Positions 1 through 9,201 of a stretch of DNA of 64,000 nucleotides are shown here, piece by piece. Both the position numbers and the translations under genes were made by a program. The DNA comes from Candidatus Eiseniibacteriota bacterium (lineage in GTDB: Bacteria > Eisenbacteria > RBG-16-71-46 > CAVPCR01). Within the stretch, counting starts at the first letter, position 1. The number at the start of each line of letters is the position of its first letter. Below the pieces are notes generated by a model. The model made no database searches, was not told the DNA's origin, and worked only from the letters and a program-made list of their open reading frames with translations. Location: the NCBI GenBank assembly GCA_963823555.1, contig CAWGMA010000001.1, positions 1,664,001-1,728,000 on the forward strand. Direction: 5' to 3'.

Positions 1-455
1 GGACCTGCCGCCGGCGTCCTGCCGGCAAGTCACCGACCTTCCTGGTCGCGGCGCTCAAGGACCCCGTGGGCGGCAACCTCGATCGCATCCAGATCGTCAA
101 GGGCTGGGTCGGGCGCCGACGGCAAGGCCCAGGAGCGCGTCTACGACGTCGCCGTCTCCGACGGTCGCCCGATCGACGCCAACGGCCGCTGCAAGAACGC
201 CGGTCGGCAACACGGTCGACGTCGAACGGGCCATCTGGACCAACACGATCGGCGATCCGGAGCTCATCGCGGTCTGGACCGATCCCGACTTCGATCGCGA
301 GCCAGCGGGCCTTCTACTATGCCCGCGTGATCGAGATCCCGACCCCGCGCTGGACGGCCTACGAGGCGCTGCGCTTCGGCGTCAAGATGCCGAAGGAAGC
401 CAAGATGACCACCCAGGAGCGAGCCTACACGTCTCCGATCTGGTACACGCCGTAG
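1..455 (+). CDS. DUF3604 family protein, C-terminal part (5' partial; several frameshifts as sequenced)
   Basis: Family motifs [17 protein letters not shown] and [16 protein letters not shown]...[13 protein letters not shown]. The intervening [19 protein letters not shown] and [17 protein letters not shown] segments lie in shifted frames. Confidence 0.85.
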   Translation, partial: TCRRRPAGKSPTFLVAALKDPVGGNLDRIQIVKGWVGRRRQGPGARLRRRRLRRSPDRRQRPLQERRSATRSTSNGPSGPTRSAIRSSSRSGPIPTSIASQRAFYYARVIEIPTPRWTAYEALRFGVKMPKEAKMTTQERAYTSPIWYTP

Positions 456-472
456 GGGCTGCCAGCAACGAG

Positions 473-516
473 CAGGGCTCATCCCCGCTATCGGGGATGG
501 GCCCTGTTTCGCTTTC
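473..516 (+). terminator. Intrinsic terminator hairpin between convergent DUF3604 and arsM
   Basis: cagggctcatccccg / cggggatgggccctg stem followed by tttcgctttc. Confidence 0.7.
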
Positions 517-522
517 GTGACC

Positions 523-1419
523 CTAGCGCGGCTTCCGCAGCACGATGTCGGCGCTGCGCGCCACCGCCATCACCGCACTCGCCGCATCCGCACCGCTCCC
601 GGCCGGCGGCGACTGCGAGCCGCGCACCGTGAAGCTCTCGATTTGGAGCCCGGATCCCTCGATCGCCTGCTTGTAGTCAGCGATCAGCACCGCGCCACCG
701 ATGCAGCAAGCGATGGCATCTGGATCCTTGCGCACCGCTTCGGGCAATGGAGCCAAGAGCACGATGTCCGAGATGTAGGCCCGTCCGCCGGGCTTCAAGA
801 CACGTCGGATCTCGGCAAAGGCAGCTCGTTTGTCCGGCACCAGGTTGATCACGCAGTTCGAGAGAGCGACATCCATCTCGGCATCGCCGATGGGCAGGTG
901 CTCGATCTCCCCGAGCCTGAACTCGACATTCGGAAAGCGACCGGCGGCGTTCCGGCGCGCGCGCGACACCATCGCCGGAGTCATGTCGACCCCGATCACC
1001 CTGCCCTCGGGACCCACAGCGCGGGCGGCGAGGAAGCAGTCGACGCCGGCACCCGATCCGAGATCGAGCACCGTCTCCCCCGGCGCGATGCACCCGAGCG
1101 CCGTCGGATGGCCGCACCCGAGACCAAGATCGGCCCCTTCGGGAATCGCCGTGAGCTCCTGCGCCCCGTAGCCGGCGGCGGTCCAGCCCGAGGCCGTCTG
1201 GTCACCACAGCACGAGCTCCCGGTCAGGACCTGCTCGCCCACCTTGAATTCGACGCCCGTGGCCGTCCCAGGCGCCTCCCGTTCGGCGATCCGAGCATAC
1301 CGACTGCGCACATGCTCCCGGATGTCCTCGGATTCCATGGCGTCGGAAGCGCGCACGCGCCCGCCCGTCGAGGAGGATGAGGATCCACAACAACTGCCCG
1401 ACGTCTTCTCTTCCTTCAT
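523..1419 (-). CDS. arsM: Arsenite S-adenosylmethionine methyltransferase
   Basis: LGLGCGHP, VLDLGSGAGVD, GVDMTPAM, SNCVINL and ACCIGGA motifs; GAGGA RBS before ATG at 1419; directly downstream of arsR. Confidence 0.92.
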   Translation of the reverse strand: MKEEKTSGSCCGSSSSSTGGRVRASDAMESEDIREHVRSRYARIAEREAPGTATGVEFKVGEQVLTGSSCCGDQTASGWTAAGYGAQELTAIPEGADLGLGCGHPTALGCIAPGETVLDLGSGAGVDCFLAARAVGPEGRVIGVDMTPAMVSRARRNAAGRFPNVEFRLGEIEHLPIGDAEMDVALSNCVINLVPDKRAAFAEIRRVLKPGGRAYISDIVLLAPLPEAVRKDPDAIACCIGGAVLIADYKQAIEGSGLQIESFTVRGSQSPPAGSGADAASAVMAVARSADIVLRKPR

Positions 1420-1420
1420 G

Positions 1421-1777
1421 TCATTCCTCCGCGAAAAGAGCCGCTGGAACCAGCTCTGGACCACGTGGCGCCAGCCTCAGGAACTGCGCCAGCCTCGCCA
1501 GGACATCCTCGCGCGCGCGGCAATAGAGGAATTGCCCGCGCCGCTCCATCTCGATCAGCCCCGCCGTGCGCAGCTCCTTGAGATGGTGGGACACCGTCGA
1601 TGCCGCCAGGTCGCACTCCCGAACCAGATCCCCCACACAGCAACCGACCGGCTCGGCCTTTCCCTCCTCCTCGCAAGGCAGGAAGCAGCAGAACTGCTGC
1701 GACCGGATGATCTGGAGGAGCTTGATGCGCTGCGGGTGGCAGAGGGCCTTGAACTGACGGGCAAGCAGATCGATCAT
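1421..1777 (-). CDS. arsR: ArsR/SmtB family metalloregulator
   Basis: FKALCHPQRIKLL, CCVGDL and STVSHHLKELRTAGLI wHTH motifs; Cys-rich. Confidence 0.92.
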   Translation of the reverse strand: MIDLLARQFKALCHPQRIKLLQIIRSQQFCCFLPCEEEGKAEPVGCCVGDLVRECDLAASTVSHHLKELRTAGLIEMERRGQFLYCRAREDVLARLAQFLRLAPRGPELVPAALFAEE

Positions 1778-1800
1778 CTTGGACTCCCCTGAAGGCTGAC

Positions 1801-1824
1801 TTCGATAGTTCTAATACTATCGAA
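1801..1824. promoter_or_regulatory. Probable ArsR operator
   Basis: Perfect 9-bp inverted repeat TTCGATAGT-N6-ACTATCGAA, 24 bp upstream of arsR in an AT-rich divergent intergenic region. Confidence 0.75.
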
Positions 1825-1909
1825 CTCTTATCCTGGTTTCAGTCATTCTTTCCCCGGGGTCCCGGAAGTAGACTGCCCCGATGCTCTCCCTCACCCGGAC
1901 CCACGCCTG

Positions 1910-3196
1910 ATGACGCCGCCCACCAGCCCGCGCCCCTTCCCGGGCTCGAGGCTACTCATCTATCTCTCAAGACCGCTTCATTTTACGCGGAACGCACAGC
2001 TCTACCTCGCGGGCTCCCTGCTCATGGGATTCGGGCACGGGGCGGTCTGGGTCCACATGAACCTCTACTACCGGAGCATCGGCCTGACCGAGGCGGCGAT
2101 CGGCCAGATCCTCGCTGCCGGCTCCCTGGGCACCGTCCTCGTCGCTCTCCCCGCGGCCTTCTGGGTGGATCGCCTGCCCGCGCAGCGGGTCTTCGTGATC
2201 TCGGCGCTCGTCTTCAGCCTCGCCCTCGGCATCCAGCTCGGCCTCACATCCCCTCTCGCCCTCGCCGTCATCGCGGCGGTCATGCGGGGTCTGTTCACCG
2301 TGCACTGGGTGGCCGCCGCGCCCTTCTTCATGCGCAACGCCGAGGAAAGCGATCGGCTCGAGCTGTTCAGCTTCGCCTTCGCCCTCGAGACGCTGGCGAC
2401 GGTGATCAGTTCCGCCGGCGTTGGCGCCCTCGCCGAGTTCGTCACCGGCGTCACGGCCTCCGAGACCTCCGGGCTCCGGATCGCCCTCGGCTCCGCCGCC
2501 CTCGTGGCGGGACTCGCCGCCATCCCATTCGCTCGCATCCAGAGTCCGCCGGCCGGCGGCGCGCACCGGCGCCAGCCGATCGACTACTTGCGGGCCCGCA
2601 ACTGGCCCCTCCTCGGCCGCCTGCTCTTCCCATCGTTCCTGATCGGTTGTGGTGCGGGCCTCATCATCCCCTTCCTCAATCTCTACTTTCGTGATCGCTT
2701 CCATCAGCCTCCAGGGTCGATCGGAGCCTTCTTCGCCGTTTCGCAGATCCTCACCATGGTCGGCTTTCTCGCCGGTCCCCCTCTCGCCCGCCGGGTCGGC
2801 GTGGTGCGCACGGTGGTCGCCACCGAGCTGTGCTCGATCCCGTTCTTTCTCCTTCTCGCCCTCGCTCAGGACCTTCGCATCGCCGTCTTCGCCTTCTGGA
2901 TGCGCGCCGCGCTCATGAACATGAACCATCCCGTGTCAACGAGCTTTGCGATGTCCGTCGTGGAGCCCGGAGACCAGGCCGTGACCAATTCACTGCGCGA
3001 GCTCACCTGGAACATCGCCTGGATGGTCAGCACCCAGGCCGGCGGCTTCCTCATCGAGCGCCACGGGTACTCGAGACCCATGTTCATCACGATGACCCTC
3101 TACGCGGTATCTGCGGGTCTGTTCTTTGCCTTCTTCCGCGGCGTCCAAGCGGGGAAGCCGAAAGCCGCACTGGAGACCGAACCGGCGTGGGAGTGA
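1910..3196 (+). CDS. MFS transporter
   Basis: 428 aa with about 12 hydrophobic segments and MFS-like loop motifs (WVDRLPAQR, PLARRVGVVR). Confidence 0.85.
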   Translation: MTPPTSPRPFPGSRLLIYLSRPLHFTRNAQLYLAGSLLMGFGHGAVWVHMNLYYRSIGLTEAAIGQILAAGSLGTVLVALPAAFWVDRLPAQRVFVISALVFSLALGIQLGLTSPLALAVIAAVMRGLFTVHWVAAAPFFMRNAEESDRLELFSFAFALETLATVISSAGVGALAEFVTGVTASETSGLRIALGSAALVAGLAAIPFARIQSPPAGGAHRRQPIDYLRARNWPLLGRLLFPSFLIGCGAGLIIPFLNLYFRDRFHQPPGSIGAFFAVSQILTMVGFLAGPPLARRVGVVRTVVATELCSIPFFLLLALAQDLRIAVFAFWMRAALMNMNHPVSTSFAMSVVEPGDQAVTNSLRELTWNIAWMVSTQAGGFLIERHGYSRPMFITMTLYAVSAGLFFAFFRGVQAGKPKAALETEPAWE

Positions 3197-3251
3197 ACGC
3201 GAACGCGGGGCGAGCGGTCCCCGATCGAGTTCGTGTCGCCGGTGGAGAGGG

Positions 3252-5438
3252 CTAGCGGATGAGAGCGATCTTGGTCGTTGCCGCCACCCCTGCGCCCTCG
3301 ACGCGCAGGAAGTAGATTCCAGCCGCCGCCGGCTGGCCCTCCTGGTCCCGGCCGTCCCATTCGAGCGAATGGAACCCAGGAAGGAAATCCGCGGCCGCCA
3401 CTTGGCGTACCAGCCGACCATCGAGGTCGTACACACCGACACGCCCCTCACCATGCCGCGGCCACTCGAACTCGGCGAGTGCTCGGCCCGGGCTCGGGTT
3501 CGGCTTGACCGCAAGGCGGATTCCAGACGCGGGCACGACCGCTCCCGGATCGGCGACCCCGATCGGGGGCACTCGCCGGTAGTAGTTGAGACCGCCGTTC
3601 CGCTCGCCGACGAAGAGATCCCGGTGGCTGTCCCCGGTGACATCCACCAGGCGGCTCGCGCTCTCGTTGCCGACCAGGGCTCCCCCGAAGGCCTCCGACT
3701 CGAGGACGAAGTTGAAGCTCTGCGCAGTGCCCGTGTTGCGGTAGAAGTTGAGATTGCCTTCCCGCTCCCCCACCAGCAGATCGAGATCGCCGTCGCCGTC
3801 GATATCGACGAGTTCCGGCGCCAGATCGCCATCGAACACCCGCTGGGCAAAGACGAATGTGTTCGGCGTGTTGTCGCTCACGGTCACCCACACCGGGCTC
3901 TGCGTCGTTCCGGTGTTCCGCACATAGAAGAGCCGCGGCACCCCCGTGACACCGAACTCACCGACCAGAAGATCGAGATCGCCGTCACCGTCGAGATCCC
4001 CCAGGGCTGGTGCCGCGTTGAAATCGGCCTGGATGTTCCCGAACTGGGAGCTGGCCAGCACGAGCGAGCGATTCTGCGGAGTGCCCACGTTACGATAGAA
4101 GCGCACCCGCGCCGGACTCCCCACGCCCACGAAGAGATCGAGATCACCATCTCGCTCATAATCGATCCACACCGGGGCCGCGGCCAGCCCGACATCGATC
4201 GTCAGATCACTGCCATCGGTCAGCGGCGGCTGCTTGACGAAGCTCGGGCTCGTCGCCGTCCCCGTATTCAGGAACGGGATGATCGTGCCGTCGTCGGCGC
4301 CGAGGAAGAGATCCTGGTCGCCATCGGCATCGATGTCGGCTGTGGCCGGATGCGAGCTCCTGCCGATATCGATGGCCTTGATCAGATTGAGATCAACCGC
4401 CGTCATGCTCGGCACCTGCGGCGACCCGCCGTTGACGAACCAGATCAAGTTGTTGAGCGCTGCCCCCTGGTTGGTGACACCGACAATGAGATCGAGATCA
4501 CCGTCGTCATCGAGGTCACCAAAACGTGCCTGATTCAGCCCCAGGGTCTCGATCGGCAGGAAGTCGTGCGTGATCCGGTGGTAACAGACCTGGGCCGGCG
4601 TGCACGCGGGCGCGCACGTCCCCGGGCTGTTGCGGAAATACCAGAGGTTCGTGTTCACCAGATCGCCGATGAAGATGTCGGTGTGGAGGTCGGCATCGAT
4701 ATCGGCGGTGGCGATGACCGAAATCCCGTGCTGGGGCTCCACGGAAGCGCCTGCGGGCATCGCAGGTCGGGCCAGCCCCGGATCGAAGGTGTCGATGCAA
4801 CCGAAGGTGTCGGTGACGAACACCATGTTCGGGACCTGACGGTTGCCGTCATTGCGGAAGAAACGGGCGGTCCCGAAGTTCTGCTCCATCTCGAGATAGT
4901 CGAGATCCAGGTCCCCATCGACATCGATGAACGCCGGCGTATTGCCGAACCCGGAGTTCACGATGCCCTGCCAGTTCGCGGTGACGAACGTCCAGTTCGG
5001 CTGGCTCGCCGAGCCCGTATTGCGATGGAAGACCACCGCACCGATGCCATCGGTGAACAGATCGAGGTCGCCATCGTCATCAATGTCGGCGAGGGCAGCC
5101 CAGGTGTTGGCATCGATGCCCTGCAGCCAATCGGTGACGAAGCGGAAGAGGAACGCAGCCGGCGTGCCCTCGTTTCGGTAGTAGGTGAGGCCGCCATCCG
5201 GCTGGACGATGAGAAGATCGAGATCACCGTCATCATCGAGATCGACGAGATCGGGCTTGGGACTGTCGAGCCCCCCCGTGAACGGCTCGGCGAGCGGTGT
5301 CCCCACGTGGACCGGAATGCCGCCGATCTGGCGCTGGAAGGTGAAGTCCGCTGCCGCCGGCGACGCGAGCGCGACGGTGAGGGCGCCGGCCGTCACGGCG
5401 CAATGAACGGTCGAGAGCATCTGCATCTTGGTCATCAT
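3252..5438 (-). CDS. Secreted FG-GAP/VCBS-repeat beta-propeller protein with C-terminal FlgD-Ig (T9SS-like) domain
   Basis: Signal peptide; ten DxDxDGDxD-like repeats; C-terminus PNPSPG...WDGRD...GIYFLRV...TKIALIR. Confidence 0.85.
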   Translation of the reverse strand: MMTKMQMLSTVHCAVTAGALTVALASPAAADFTFQRQIGGIPVHVGTPLAEPFTGGLDSPKPDLVDLDDDGDLDLLIVQPDGGLTYYRNEGTPAAFLFRFVTDWLQGIDANTWAALADIDDDGDLDLFTDGIGAVVFHRNTGSASQPNWTFVTANWQGIVNSGFGNTPAFIDVDGDLDLDYLEMEQNFGTARFFRNDGNRQVPNMVFVTDTFGCIDTFDPGLARPAMPAGASVEPQHGISVIATADIDADLHTDIFIGDLVNTNLWYFRNSPGTCAPACTPAQVCYHRITHDFLPIETLGLNQARFGDLDDDGDLDLIVGVTNQGAALNNLIWFVNGGSPQVPSMTAVDLNLIKAIDIGRSSHPATADIDADGDQDLFLGADDGTIIPFLNTGTATSPSFVKQPPLTDGSDLTIDVGLAAAPVWIDYERDGDLDLFVGVGSPARVRFYRNVGTPQNRSLVLASSQFGNIQADFNAAPALGDLDGDGDLDLLVGEFGVTGVPRLFYVRNTGTTQSPVWVTVSDNTPNTFVFAQRVFDGDLAPELVDIDGDGDLDLLVGEREGNLNFYRNTGTAQSFNFVLESEAFGGALVGNESASRLVDVTGDSHRDLFVGERNGGLNYYRRVPPIGVADPGAVVPASGIRLAVKPNPSPGRALAEFEWPRHGEGRVGVYDLDGRLVRQVAAADFLPGFHSLEWDGRDQEGQPAAAGIYFLRVEGAGVAATTKIALIR

Positions 5439-5488
5439 TCTCGTGTCATCCAGAACAGGGGGGTGAGGATCTCGATACCGCTTGCTCC

Positions 5489-5494
5489 ATTATA
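5489..5494 (-). promoter_or_regulatory. Consensus -10 element upstream of the FG-GAP gene
   Basis: TATAAT on the minus strand about 50 bp upstream of the start; no good -35; adjacent GCCAC-N6-GTGGC inverted repeat. Confidence 0.45.
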
Positions 5495-5701
5495 GCCACT
5501 TCCAGGTGGCCGACGTGAGGGCCCGGTCGGATCCCGTGAGTCGCCTGCTCCGGGGACCGGCATGAAGGGTGCATCCTGCATGAAGTACGGATGGATCTTG
5601 CATGCTTTCATCCCCCCGGACTGAAGCCCCACACCGGCACGCACCATCGAGGGTCCATCGCGATGCGGACTTGCGGCAACGGGGCGGCCCCCCCCGCTTC
5701 C

Positions 5702-5717
5702 TGGCACCCGATGTGCA
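5702..5717 (+). promoter_or_regulatory. Candidate sigma54 (-24/-12) promoter
   Basis: TGGCAC-CCGAT-GTGCA with correct GG-N10-GC spacing, in an intergenic region. Confidence 0.35.
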
Positions 5718-5926
5718 ATCTCACCCGCGCGGTTCCTGAGCTGCATGTGAGTTTCCCCGGATCCAGCGCAAGGGCTCAAGTCGGGAGTCGAACGTCAGGG
5801 ACAGCGGGGCGAGCGCCCAGGCGAGCGCCCAGCGGTCCGGGATCGACCCCCACCTTCCGTACGGATGCGCCCGGATCTCCCGGAATCACGGCAAGCACGG
5901 GAACCGCTTCATTCATGCCCGCGACA

Positions 5927-6295
5927 TCATCTCCCCGAATGAAGTGCATCCACGATGTGAACCAGATCGAGGCCCTTCTCGGGAGCCCAGTCGATCGCGA
6001 TCACATCGCATCGCAAGATCCCCCCGCACCTCGCCGCCAGCTCACTCGCCGCCGACCACATCCGTGCCCGCTTCGCCGGGGATAGGGTCTCGACGGCCGA
6101 CCCGTAGCGACCTCGACGCCGCAGTCTCACTTCAACGATGCAGGTGAGATCACCGCGCGTGGCCACGAGGTCCACCTCGCGCCGTCCCCGGCGCAGGTTC
6201 CGCGCCACCACGGTGAATCCCTGGAGCTCGAGGTAGGCCGCCGCGATCGTCTCGCCGATCCGGCCCAGAGCAGTCGTCGTCCACTGGCTTGTCAT
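5927..6295 (-). CDS. yraN: YraN (UPF0102) family endonuclease-like protein
   Basis: LGRIGETIAAAYL, ARNLR..REVDLVA, IVEVRLR and RCDVIAI motifs; usual location near rnhB. Confidence 0.88.
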   Translation of the reverse strand: MTSQWTTTALGRIGETIAAAYLELQGFTVVARNLRRGRREVDLVATRGDLTCIVEVRLRRRGRYGSAVETLSPAKRARMWSAASELAARCGGILRCDVIAIDWAPEKGLDLVHIVDALHSGR

Positions 6296-6345
6296 GGCGT
6301 CTCCGGCGGGGAGCGCCGAGTTCGGGCACGCGGCGGGATTGGCTG

Positions 6346-8214
6346 TCAGGGCGGGGATCCGGATGCGGGGGGCTGTAGTCGGAACGAAGCGGCACGCACC
6401 GATTGCGGGGTTACCCCTGGAGGATTGATGCCGGTGTGAACCTGGTAGCGGTCTTGCCGCCACCCCTTCAGCTCCATGGCCAGGGCCGTCGATTCCCCGG
6501 GTTTCGGCTCGTAGAGCGCGACTTCGATCCCGTAGTCACCGGGCCCGCAGTCCTCGGGCATGCGAAAGATGATGATCTCGTTGAATCCACGGCCACCGAG
6601 TGCCGGGAGCTCCATCAACCCGTGAGCAAGCCAATGGGTCAGATCGAGACGCACGTGCCCGCCGGAATCGACGACGTGCAAGACGGCGCGCAGCGATCGC
6701 GCGTGGTCCACACCATTCGGAGCCAGCGGCGGTTGGCCGCCATCCCATCCCGCCCGCCAGTGCAGACGGAGCGTGACGAGCCCTCCTGGCCGCCGGCCCG
6801 GCGCCAGGACCACATCGGCTTGCTCGAGAACGAGTTCACGGCCGAAGCTGGCGATGAGACCCAGGATCGGAGCGTCCTCGGGCTTCAGGAATTGCGCTAC
6901 CCCACCTGCATCCCGTGTGAGCACGCTCGCATAGCGCGTGCGCCGCAAGAGAACCACACTCCCCTCTTCCAGCTGGGCGTCGAGGATCGCCCTCTCCTCC
7001 GCCGTCAGCGGCCTATCGGGGGGAGTCAAGCCGGGCAATGGTCGCCATGCCCTGGGCCGACGATCGAGGGCGAGCCCATACAGCTCGACGTCGTCCCAGC
7101 TCGCCACGAAGTCGCTCGGGTTGGCCAGGGCCGCGTTGAGGTCGCGGCAGAAGACCGGGAACTCCTCTGCCTGGCGCCAGGTCGGAGCCACCTGATGCCG
7201 CACCGCCAGGAAAAGACCCACGACCAGAACGACAAGTCCGAGCCCCGCTCCCGCCGGCCCCAGCGAAACCCGGGCCACACGAGCGGCCGCGCGCCGCAAG
7301 GATGCCACCCCGCTTCCTGCCAGCACCGCGAGCCACGGCGCAAGCACCACAGCCGATTCCGCCCAGCCGGCCCGTGGCGCATAGAACACGGCAACCAGCA
7401 ACAGCGTGGCGGCGACCCCGTAGGCGAAGCGACGATGCGGTCCCCCGCGAGCGATTCCCAGCAGAGCGCCGGGGAGCGCCATCAGAGCGACACCGCCCAC
7501 GCCGACGGCGAGCATCAGGGCCTCGGCTGCGGCCTCCGGGGCATATCCGGGATCCCCCGTCGTCACCAGTCCCGGACGCACGAAGACCGCATAGGCGGCC
7601 CACGGCACGAGTGCAGGCAGACCCATGCGCAGATCGCCGCGTAATCGCGGCGCTGCGAGCAGCATGGGCAGAGACAGGAGGGCCCGGCTCGAGACGAAGA
7701 GCAGCGCCCCGAAGAGGGCGAGTCCTGCGGCCGGGCGACCGGTCCAGGCCAGAGCGGCGGCCGTGGCCACCATGGCGACCTCGACACCCGCGACATCGGC
7801 CGATGGGGCTCGCAGGAGAAATGGTCCGCAGGCCAGGAGGGCCAGTGCAGCGGCCACGGGCTCGAGCAGCCGATCGATCGGAGCCCCGCCGCGCGCCAGA
7901 GCGCTCCGGCACCGCGCCACGGCCAACGTGGCGAGAATCCCCGCGGCCAACCCCAGCAGGTTCAGGTCTCGGCTGGCGGCGGACGGCATGATCGTATCGG
8001 CGGCCATGCCGAGGATGATGTACCCGGCCCGCTCGGGAGAGCTGAAGGGGCGGCCCTCGGTCACGGCCCGGACCACCTGCACTCCCTGGCCCCTCCACTG
8101 CACGCCGCTCAACCACGGCAGGAGCACGACAGCGGCGAGAATCGTGACGAGGACGGCCAGGAGACGCGGACGCGCCCCGGGCGGGCCCGGGCTATGGGCG
8201 GGATTCAGAGGCAT
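6346..8214 (-). CDS. Uncharacterised polytopic membrane protein with C-terminal soluble beta-rich domain (possible GT-C-like)
   Basis: About 620 aa, many hydrophobic segments, C-terminal VTLRLHW...PGDYGIEVALY Ig-like pattern; start uncertain. Confidence 0.6.
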   Translation of the reverse strand: MPLNPAHSPGPPGARPRLLAVLVTILAAVVLLPWLSGVQWRGQGVQVVRAVTEGRPFSSPERAGYIILGMAADTIMPSAASRDLNLLGLAAGILATLAVARCRSALARGGAPIDRLLEPVAAALALLACGPFLLRAPSADVAGVEVAMVATAAALAWTGRPAAGLALFGALLFVSSRALLSLPMLLAAPRLRGDLRMGLPALVPWAAYAVFVRPGLVTTGDPGYAPEAAAEALMLAVGVGGVALMALPGALLGIARGGPHRRFAYGVAATLLLVAVFYAPRAGWAESAVVLAPWLAVLAGSGVASLRRAAARVARVSLGPAGAGLGLVVLVVGLFLAVRHQVAPTWRQAEEFPVFCRDLNAALANPSDFVASWDDVELYGLALDRRPRAWRPLPGLTPPDRPLTAEERAILDAQLEEGSVVLLRRTRYASVLTRDAGGVAQFLKPEDAPILGLIASFGRELVLEQADVVLAPGRRPGGLVTLRLHWRAGWDGGQPPLAPNGVDHARSLRAVLHVVDSGGHVRLDLTHWLAHGLMELPALGGRGFNEIIIFRMPEDCGPGDYGIEVALYEPKPGESTALAMELKGWRQDRYQVHTGINPPGVTPQSVRAASFRLQPPASGSPP

Positions 8215-8879
8215 GCGAGCTGCGCGGCCAGCACCGTCGGCGCGAAGCTCCGGCGATGGATCGGGCACGGCCCGTGGCGGCGTAGGGCGGCGACATGGGC
8301 GGCCGTGCCGTAGCCGCGGTTGTGGTCGAAGCCGTATTCGGGGTAGAGGCGATGGTACTCGTCCATGAGCTCGTCGCGATGGACCTTGGCCAGGATGGAG
8401 GCCGCAGCGATGGCGAGGCTTCGCCGATCCCCCCCGATCACCGGCTCCTGCCGGAACAGGAGATCGGGAATGGCATGACCGTCGACCAGGATCAGGTCGG
8501 GAACCAGCCCCAGCCCGGAGATGGCCCGGCGCATGGCGTCGAATGTGGCTTGCCGGATGTTGACCCGATCGATCACGTCGGCATCGACCCGGGCCACGGC
8601 ATGGTGGGGCACCGCGGCGCGAATGACCGGGGCGAGCTCCGCCCTTTCGTGGGGAGCGAGGCGTTTGGAATCGTCGACGCCGGGAAGGCGAACATCCCGG
8701 GGCAAGACCACGGCTGCCGCCACCACCGGCCCGGCCAGGGGGCCACGGCCGGCTTCATCGACGCCGCAGAGAAGAGGCACGTTGTGCCCCGCATCGAAAC
8801 GTCGGAGCGCGAGCCATCGCTGCGCCCGGCGCTTCGCTCTCAGCGTTGCTTCAGCGGGTCTCCTTGAGCTCAGCGACAC
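8205..8879 (-). CDS. rnhB: Ribonuclease HII
   Basis: GVDEAGRGPLAGPV, DDSKRL, LVDG, IAAASILAKVHRD and HRRSF motifs. Confidence 0.97.
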   Translation of the reverse strand: MSLSSRRPAEATLRAKRRAQRWLALRRFDAGHNVPLLCGVDEAGRGPLAGPVVAAAVVLPRDVRLPGVDDSKRLAPHERAELAPVIRAAVPHHAVARVDADVIDRVNIRQATFDAMRRAISGLGLVPDLILVDGHAIPDLLFRQEPVIGGDRRSLAIAAASILAKVHRDELMDEYHRLYPEYGFDHNRGYGTAAHVAALRRHGPCPIHRRSFAPTVLAAQLACL

Positions 8880-9201
8880 GTGCTGCCTTGCCCTTCTTGC
8901 CGCGCAGGTAGAACAGCTTTGCCCGCCTCACCCGGCCCTGGCGCACCACCTCGACGGTGGTGATATTGCCGGAATGCAGGGGGAAAATGCGCTCGACACC
9001 GACACCAGCGGTGACCTTGCGCACGCTGAACGTGGCCTTCACTCCGGCGCCACGGCGTGCGATCACGGTCCCCTGGAATATCTGCACGCGTTCCTTCTCG
9101 CCCTCGACGACGCGGTAGTGAACCTTGACCGTATCGCCCACGCTGAATTGCGGCAGCTCCGCTCGGGCGTACTTAGACTCCACCAGACGTACGGGGTCCA
9201 T
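8851..9201 (-). CDS. rplS: 50S ribosomal protein L19
   Basis: [22 protein letters not shown] and [12 protein letters not shown]. Confidence 0.98.
   Translation of the reverse strand: MDPVRLVESKYARAELPQFSVGDTVKVHYRVVEGEKERVQIFQGTVIARRGAGVKATFSVRKVTAGVGVERIFPLHSGNITTVEVVRQGRVRRAKLFYLRGKKGKAARVAELKETR

Noticed and set aside
523..1777. Selenocysteine recoding in ArsM/ArsR
   Set aside because: The ORFs are uninterrupted and the conserved positions are ordinary Cys codons.
5808..5831. CRISPR-like repeat
   Set aside because: Only two adjacent 12-bp copies, with no spacers and no cas genes.
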